Assembly: GCA_951406725.2 (NCBI GenBank)
Contig: OX597817.1
Coordinates: forward strand, 19,964,001-20,028,000
Source: Octopus vulgaris
Lineage: Eukaryota
Length of the DNA: 64,000 nt
Direction of reading: 5' to 3'
Below the pieces are notes generated by a model that saw only the letters and a program-made list of their open reading frames with translations, made no database searches and was not told where the DNA came from. The translations under genes were made by a program, and so were the position numbers. Positions 55,643 to 64,000 of this stretch are shown here, piece after piece. Position 1 is the first letter of the stretch; every line of letters starts with the position of its first letter.

Positions 55643-55875
55643 AACGCGACGAGCTGGCAGAAACGTTAGCACGCCGGGCGAAATGCTTAGCGTTATTGCG
55701 TCTGTCGTTGCGTTGTGAGTTCAAATTCCGCCGAGGTCGACTTTGCCTTTCATCTTTTCGGAGTCGATAAATTAAGTACCACTTACGCACTAGGGTCAAT
55801 GTAATCGACTTAATCCGTTTGTTTGTCCTTGTTTGTCCCCTTTATGTTTAGCCCCTTGTGGGCAATAAAGAAACA
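55643..55875 (+). mobile_element. SINE family B, full length, with 18-bp TSD
   Basis: B box gagttcaaattcc; Meta-domain-like gcctttcatcttttcggagtcgataaattaagtacc; TSD gatataataagaggctta at 55625-55642 and 55876-55893. Confidence 0.96.
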
Positions 55876-58689
55876 GATATAATAAGAGGCTTATATAGAT
55901 ATGCACAATCATGTATTTTCGTTCGAATTGAAATAATGGCATTAGTCTTAATGATCTACAAAGTCAATAAACATGTTTCGACTATCAAGTCATAAAATTT
56001 GATTGATGTTGAGTTTTTCGTTCCAAACACTGTTAAGATGACAATTATCACTACTCTACGAGTTTCATAATTTGACAAACTCGTAAGTGGACTATTGATG
56101 GAAGTACCACACGTGTGTAATAGAATATTTATGTAATTTTAAAAAGAAATCGGATGTTATAGAAATATTTGAAACATTTATTAATGCAGGTATAACATGA
56201 AATGCATAAAAAAGAAAGTAAACCCATTAAAATGCTGAAATATTATTAACTTAGAAATATATAATTCAAATTTGTTTTAAGTTATACTATGGGGTAACAC
56301 GTTGCATGTCCAAGGCTGACGAACACCAATGTAATATGGTAATGCCATATGAATTTAGTGCTAATGATCAAACATAACTTTATCAGCATCAAAGGAAAGT
56401 GGCATTGTATGTGTAATAGAAGTAACATAAAATATAATTGCGTAAATCATATCATTCAGTGTATTCTATGTTAATAATTCTTTATTTTAAATTGAAAGAA
56501 GGCACGAAGAGGCGTACATAGACATCAGTTCATGTGAAATTGTGTCATTCATTATCGAGCGAATATAGACACATATTCCATGACTTAAGGTTTTCAGTCA
56601 ACGGCAAAATAATAACCAAGATATCTATTCCGTTTAGATTCTTCATTTTAAGAGTACATTTTACTCTTTTAAAAATTGCTTTCTTCAATTTGGCTATGAA
56701 ATATAATGCTGATTGTTCTGACTTAGAAATATTTTCTTTCAAGTTGGCTGCAATGGTTCGTTACTATTTAAAAAATGTGCCAATGTACCTAAGGATATTT
56801 TTACAACTTTGTCAGAGAAAAATGGTTTCATTATGTGTTTTATATATATGATTTTATGTTTAGTGTTCCACTTCATCTAACTACTTTCATTCAAAACTGG
56901 CTTCTAGCCGATATTTTAATAAATAACTGGGGACTCTGTCAGCTTGTGCAAATACATATGAATCATATGTCCTATTGACACACGCCAGCCAGAACTTTTT
57001 GGTGAGGTGGAAGCCCCAGATATATAATTACAAAGAATATACTATTTTTGATAGATCTCTTGGAATGAGATAAAATGTGTACACTTCACTTTAAAATATG
57101 AGGCGTTAACCTTGTAATAGCTCTGTTGAAAAATGATACAATCTAATACAAAAAAATAATGTTTTAATAGTATAGGTTAAAGTAAATTAATAGGAAGATG
57201 AATTTTTAATTTAATTTCATCACGAAAGAGAAAGAAAGAAAGAAAGTGATATATATATATATATATCACTTTCCTTATATCCTTATACGGTTTTGAGTCA
57301 TTTGACTGTGGTCATGCTGGAGCACCACCTAAGGATATAGAACGGTTTACGATCTTGCTTGTCATCCTTCCATAGAAGCCATGTTAGTCTCTGTATCGTT
57401 CGAATTTTAGAATATGTACCGTTGTAGCTAGTACAGAGTTAATTTATTTTTCTTATTTTTAATGTGTTCTGTCCTATATTTGTCATTCCATTACCTATTT
57501 TCTGTTTTGTAGTTGGGGGATTCGCGATTGTATTACCTTCAGTTATGTTATTATGTTGTGAACTGTAGCTCGACGTTATTCTTAGATCAAGTTTAATGTC
57601 ACTAGAAAACTTGGACGAGAATATTCTCACAGGTTTTGTTTTAGTGCAGCCTGTGTATAGTAGTAAAATAAAGACAATCTAAACCTACATCACTCATGTT
57701 TGTTTGAATATTTTCTGTTTTATTTGTGCTTTTTCGGCAGTGAAATATCACTCTATAATTTAATAGTCGTAATCTTCATACCTTTGCATTTAATTAATCC
57801 TAGTTATACTGAGTATTGTACGCTTTATTTTTCGTTTTCTTTTTGCATCAGATTGAAAATACTCAACTGTACCCCTCATTTGTGCAGTGGTGCTATTCTA
57901 ATAACTCTGTTAATAGTATGAGTTGGGCACCGCTAGTGTCTTTACGCCTAGTGTTGGAACCCCGACTACATGTAAAAATTATATCCTAATTACAGGATAA
58001 AAATATAAGTATATGTATATAAGTATAGCAATTAATTTTCAAAATACACATCGTTTTCTTAAGTTTCTTCTTTGATTTTGAAACAATATTATTCTATATT
58101 TTTGAAGAGAGAGAGAGAGAGAGAGAGGTGGGGAGTGGTCGTGAGTTTCAAAATTTAGGGATATACCGAGTAAATGTGATAGCACTGAAAAACTGATTGT
58201 GGATGCTAACGGCACGGTGTGGAGACCCGTTCACATTATTGATTTCACGAATCACAAAACATTTAACACTTGATGAATGCGGACAGGACTAACTAAAACA
58301 TAGATGCTGCTGAGAAAAAAATCTCCAGGAACTGCTATGTATAATAATTACGAAAAACTTTCGACACAAAGCCAGCAGCGTATGAAATGATTAAAATTGT
58401 AGTGTAGTGTTATAGAACAAAAGTTTGGTTAGAATGCCGCGTATCAGCATTTTGCCTATTGTTTCATTTTGACATCTGACCCAAAAAACAAAAAAGTGCG
58501 ATAAAGTACAAAACGTAATTTGTGTTGGAACATCGTTTGTTGTACATGAATAATAGTACATCTGTCACAATGGTCAATAACTGTGTTGTCATTTGCATTT
58601 ATGAAAAAAATATCCTATCCTTTATAAGTAGACAATTTAATTAAAATTAGTTGACACATATGTAACGCTCGAAACAACCAGAAAACTGG

Positions 58690-59308
58690 CGTTTAATAAA
58701 GAAATCAAATACACTGTTTAGTGTTTAGTTCTTTATCGTAAGAGTACATTTTACTGGTTTTTCAAAATGTTTTGTTCCGTTTTGCTATAAAATATAATAT
58801 TGATTGTAGTTACTTGTAAATATATTCTTTGAAGTCCGTGTTCATATAGCGTTACTATTGAAAATAAAGTTCGATTCTTAGTATACCGCCAATTTACCTC
58901 AGGATATTTCTTCACTTTTGCCAGGCAAAAACTTTCATTGTTTAGGCTATTTTGTGTTTTGAATGTGCGGTTCCACTTCACCTCATCATACTCAAAGACA
59001 TCTGACTTACAGCCAATAATTCTATTTACATCTGGAGTTTAACATTCGCCACAAATATGTATGTCATTTACAAAAGCCACTGAAAGTGTGTTCTGGTGAT
59101 GGCAGGCTCAGATATATAATTAGGAAGAGTGGCTTTTAAAAATAATTACTATATAGGTAGAAATAATATTACAATGGGCGCATACACCTTAGACTGTCAG
59201 GTGGTAGGTTATTTTTATAAGTCGTTGAAAATATTCTCTAATAAAATGTAATAGTGTTCTTCAAAACAGATTTAGATTCTGATGAATTAAACGGATACGA
59301 GCGTAGAG

Positions 59309-59353
<45 letters not shown>

Positions 59354-61080
59354 ATAGAGAGGAAAGAGGGGGAAAGAGACAGACAAGTGGGAAGGAAGAG
59401 AGTAAGTAAGAGAGAGGAGGTGTTCCACAGATTCTATAGTTAAAGGAAACTATCTACAGTTTATATTGGATTTGCAAATCTAAATTTGGAAAGCAGGTGC
59501 AATTGAGAAAATATCTTCAGAAAATGGTAAAGAAATAATGATGGTGTACAATATAACTATATTTATGCCGATTTAATACATAATAGCAGCTCCTACGATG
59601 GATTTTCGTAAAAGGGAAGCACCTATTTCATGAAGTTATTTTGCAAGACAAAATCGCTGCGGAAATCTATGGGAGATGAATGGAGCCCGGAATTATTGCT
59701 GCCCATCTTAAACCACAGGAAAAATCTGGGTATCATTGTTTCAGACTGATTATTTCCATGTCACAGGTTAACTCCAGTGAGAACGGCGAAATTCCGCGAC
59801 CGCATTTATTGCCTCGCGAGAAGGTTCGGACCCATAAATCAGGTGGTAAGATTTTGGCTTCAGTGTTCTGTGACTAAGAGCGAGTACTCTTCATAGAATA
59901 TCTACTAAAAGAGTAGAACCATCACCGCAGAAACCTACATGTCTTTGTTGACCCAACTGCATAAAGATTTGAAACAGAAACGCCTTGGAAAGCTGAGCCA
60001 GAATGTCCAACCTTGCAGGACAATGCACCAACACACAACAGCACATAAAACTCTACAGAAAATATGCAACTTTGGCTTCAAATATGTAGACCACCCCCTG
60101 ACTCTCCCGACTTCGACTACCACATCTTTCCACAACTAATAAAACATATCAAGAGAACGAAATTTCACTCCGAGTCGGAAGTGGTGGCTACTGCAAAGGC
60201 CTAGTTGGAGGTCGACTTCTTTTTAGAGGTCTTAGAAAAACTGAAGGACCGCTGCAATAAATGTGTGAATCTGAGAGGGGAATATGTTGAATATGATCGT
60301 AATTAACTGATCCTCCTCTATTTTGTTTTACCCAAAGCCAGGAACTTTTCTGCAAAGCACTCGTGTGTTCAGTAAGTAACCAAATACATTTAATCTACTC
60401 GGATAGTCAAATTTAATTATATATGTACTTATGGTAGGAGATTAACTGTTTCAGACATTCTAGGAAAAAAATCTGTTATAGTGTTCCAGAGAAAAATATC
60501 TGTACTGTGCAATAAAAAAATCATCAACAAATGTCATGACAATAATCACCGAAATAAGTGAATCTTATGGAAGTGGTCAGTAAATGTCTTTAACGTATAA
60601 CATAAAATACTGAAATAAATGTGATTCACCCTGCTGCTTAGCCGCAGTAAGTGCTGATAATTGAGCACTAATAATATAAGGATTACGAGCTTCAATCTTC
60701 CTTCTTTAAGTCGGATTTATAGTGTGTATGTACAAGGCTATTAAACAACATAGTTACACATTTTTTCAGTTTGTATGATTTGATTTTGAAATAGAAGGTT
60801 AATAAATCGTGTAAGGTCGTGCGATCATACACTTTAACGATGATTTGATTTACAGCCTGACAAAGAGAAGCGCACTATTGAGATTTAAATTGAGTGCATT
60901 TTAAGACAAATTATTGTTAATATTCCTTGCAAACGACGACTTGTTAACAAAAGGAGTGACAAAGAGAGAGCGTTGCACCTGGGAGTAGTTAACATCTGCT
61001 AGCAAGAATGCGTCTCATAAACGGAAAGATTTTATATATAGTTTGAAACATTTGTGTCTCTGAAAAATAGCTATTGTAAA
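58690..61080 (-). pseudogene. Possible decayed BTB-BACK-Kelch (KLHL-like) pseudogene, interrupted by a mariner and (GA)n
   Basis: Ordered motifs on the minus strand: BTB-like KIFPFMRRILASRC (~61030-60990); BACK-like FLECLKQLIS and LLSKFRF; Kelch-like VAFVNDIHICG..SDVFEYDEVKW, IGG/YTKNRTLFSIVTLYE and LYFIA..TSKMYSYDKELN. Many stops and frameshifts. Confidence 0.35.
59594..60365 (+). mobile_element. mariner (DD34D) transposon, internally deleted and decayed
   Basis: KSGGKILASVFCD*ERVLFIEYL/TITAETYMSLLTQLHKDLKQKRLGKL/LQDNAPTH/HP..SPD.FDYHIFPQLIKHI..EKLKDRCNKCVNLRGEYVE; 3' TIR-like ccaggaacttttctgcaaagcactcgt. Confidence 0.93.
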
Positions 61081-61851
61081 TTAGAGTGTAAGTATCTCGA
61101 ATACTTTCAAAAACAAGCAAGATTTACTGAAATATATTCTAGGCAAAGATAGAAAAATCTCAAAACAGAATTGATGGCGGCGTCTCAATATAAACACTTG
61201 CAAATTCAAACACAAACATATGCATATACCTTTCCTTGTATATTTCAGATTATTTGCAATCTTTCACTGATCATAGCAACTGAAAATACAGTCGCCATAC
61301 TTGACTGTTTCCATGCTATATTTCAAATAATTATCTCTAGTTTTTATCAATATTTTCATTTCCATCGTATAAAATTCTGATTTACCATGTTTCTATGATT
61401 TCAACTATTATTTTGCATACTCTTCTCAAGAAGAAAAAAGAATACACATAATACAATAAGAAAGTAGGGGCGCATAATATTGTTTATATATTTGGTTATC
61501 TCTGCAGTCACATAGAATAAATTGCATTCTGTCTTATTTTATTGCATTAATCGTTTTGCGTTTAATGTAATGTTCCTTGTCGAATGAAACATAGCGATGA
61601 GAAAACAACTGATAAAATCATATTTAAAATCATCTAACTCACAAGAGAAATATATAGCGTTACATTGTATGTATCAAGAGAAGAAACTGTATTACAGAAG
61701 CCGGAAACGCTACGAATAAAACATATAGTGGTATGTAATGCCCATGTATAGCTTGAGTGCAAATACCACCCTTGCCACTACTGTTACCCAAATTGGGCAT
61801 TGATAAAATATGTACCGTACAAGTACTGGGTATGATGTAATTGATTATACC

Positions 61852-62086
61852 TATTTCTTTACTACCCACAAGGGGATAAACACGGAGAGGACAAACAAAG
61901 ACAGACAAACGGATTAAATCGATTATATCGATGCTGGTGCATAACTGGTACTTAATTTATCGACCTCGAAAGGATGAAAGGTAAAGTCGACCTCGGTGGA
62001 ATTTGAACTCAGAATGTAGCGGCAGACGTAATACGGCTACGCATTTCGCCCGGCATACTAACGTTTCTGCCAGCTCGCCGCCTTCA
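61852..62086 (-). mobile_element. SINE family B, full length, with 17-bp TSD
   Basis: TSD atgtaattgattatacc at 61835-61851 and 62087-62103. Confidence 0.96.
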
Positions 62087-62339
62087 ATGTAATTGATTAT
62101 ACCATCTCACAGAAAAGTCACTTTGTGTCGCGTGAAATTATGATTTTGAGGGAGGCACAAAACATGACTTTCAAGTAGTACAAAGAGAATTAAGAAACCG
62201 GGTACTGCACAATTCTGATTTCCAACCAATTTATAAACAAGTATTAAATCGTATGTCACGTAAAGCCATCGAGAAGATGATTTATGTGGTAAGCTAAGAA
62301 TAGCATTGAATGTTAAACGTAATAAAAAGAGTTTATGTA

Positions 62340-62818
62340 TTACACCAAAGTTAGCTACTCAAGCCTGGTTAATATCATTTCAAATATCGAACGCTACATA
62401 TGACGCAATTACACCTACATCACAAAGCAACATGTTACCTCCGAAATTCTACTTAGTGCCCAAGAGGAAAATCCTGCATTTGAAAGGTAAAAATCGATAG
62501 AATCACCCTCACACCAGCCGAACGTATCACTAGACCAAACATATATATAAGAGTCAATAAGCTTAAGGAAATATATAAAAAATAAATGCACGCAATCAGG
62601 TGTGGAGAAGGAGAAGATTTTACAGTTCTCTTTCAATACTATGACATTATCCGAATGCCTACTCTAACATCAAATGGAATATCTTTGACAGCGCTCCTCC
62701 TTACTCAGTTTTAGATTGTAATTGTGAAATTTGCCTTCTTGAGAAACTGCAGGTACTTCAACAGCCAATATTATCCATCAACAGGGATAATGCATTACCT
62801 TATTGCATGCTTTGTTAA
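62340..62818 (+). mobile_element. Penelope-like element, linker plus GIY-YIG C-terminal remnant
   Basis: TPKLATQ in the ORF frame, but the adjacent frame reads TKVSYSSLVNIISNI; downstream NIKWNIFDSAPPYSVLDCNCEICLLEKLQVLQ matches KVSYSCM.N..SII / IKW.I...A.PY.....C.LCL.EKL.IL. Confidence 0.7.
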
Positions 62819-63867
62819 TGAATTGCAGGTTTCTGGATCTCAGACAACCCTGCAATGACACCTTACATGTAACTGATCACCCACAAGTGTATGGTATATA
62901 ATTCTTGCCACCCGTATAACCTACAGCCTACTTAGGATAGGTACGTGCCTGAAATCGTAACACACTACTATTAAACATTTATTCCAACGTATCGACTTTT
63001 GTCAACAATGTGTTAAAATTCCACATTGAATGATGAACGGTCTTCTCTATTTACACCGATACTCAATACAAGGAAGTGGTACCAGTGTATATACGAAGCA
63101 CCAGACTTTCACAATTTGGTTCGACAGAATGAAGTAACAATGATGATTAATCTACTAAGTTTGTAAAGAATGCAGTGACGAGGGAAGTTAAATTTTCTTA
63201 AGCAATACACAAATATAATAGTATCCAAAATTATCCAAACTTATCCAACGACGAATGAGAATTTACGAAAGACCTCAAAACAGTATTATTTATTGTTACC
63301 ATCAGATTACCTGAATATTAAATCAACGACTGGCACATATATTATGTTCATTTGTTCTTCTTTTCCTTCTCGGTTAACACGCATCTGTCAACAGATTTAT
63401 ACTTAGCTGCTAATTAAATGATATGTCCATATTATTTTGGTCAATTTAGACAATTTCATAAAATTTGATATTCATGTCTTTAGGTTAACACTGTATTATC
63501 TATACAACTTTCATTATGGTAGACTGCACTTACAGGAATTGTTTATGCCAATACTGTCTACCTGCCGGTATTTTGACCAATGTTACATAAAATTTACGTA
63601 ACTATATTACTTTTTATTTGATATATTTTATTTATTTCTGTCTACCTAATTATCATATATTGTTTCAATAACTTCTTTTCCTTTTGCCACCTATTCTTCT
63701 TCCCCGTTTTCCATTTAGAGATTCACAGATCTGGGTTTGGACCTGAAAAATTAATTCTTTATGTATTGACACTTAACGTAATCTAAAGTTTCACAACAAA
63801 ATATTACTAGCAATACATCATCATCATCATCATCATCATCGTCATCATCGTCATCATCATCATCATT

Positions 63868-63902
<35 letters not shown>

Positions 63903-63905
63903 TAC

Positions 63906-64000
63906 TGAGTGGGAAAGCAGCGCAAGTCATCAAAGTGACACAGGGATACAATTTTACGAAGCTCAATATAACCATCATGACTACCCGTCGGATAAGGGTA
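63906..64000 (-). mobile_element. Family D element end, running off the window
   Basis: tgagtgggaaagcagcgc..catcaaagtgacac..ccatcatgactacccgtc after (cat)n. Confidence 0.85.

Noticed and set aside
58898-59031. Spliced coding exon (cag|..KKYPE|gtaaat, WSC-like)
   Set aside because: Weak acceptor; similarity to the 56600-56970 copy and the Kelch-like motifs extend across both supposed splice sites.
63174-63290. Hammerhead downstream of the PLE remnant (GTGACGAggg..cctcAAAAC)
   Set aside because: Both core halves are mutated; only the position is suggestive.

Overview
AT-rich, repeat-saturated eukaryotic non-coding DNA with no intact protein-coding gene. Most long ORFs in the track are translated microsatellites. 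The SINE families and microsatellite density point to a coleoid cephalopod, probably Octopus (inference). Contents: three tRNA-derived SINE families (about 20 copies); decayed Tc1/mariner DNA transposons; RTE, CR1/L2-like, possible L1/Tx1 and Penelope-like retroelement remnants, including hammerhead-ribozyme-like motifs; and a possible decayed BTB-Kelch pseudogene. The most coherent signal is a set of microsatellite-associated retroelements. It comprises seven R4/Dong-like fragments adjoining (AAT)n on their sense strand plus an RT fragment of the same type, a distinct RLE LINE sitting in (ACAT)n, and a ~555-bp non-coding, non-tRNA element in seven copies that are truncated from one end and mostly share the (AAT)n context. 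All protein similarities were judged by eye from manual translation; no database search was run.
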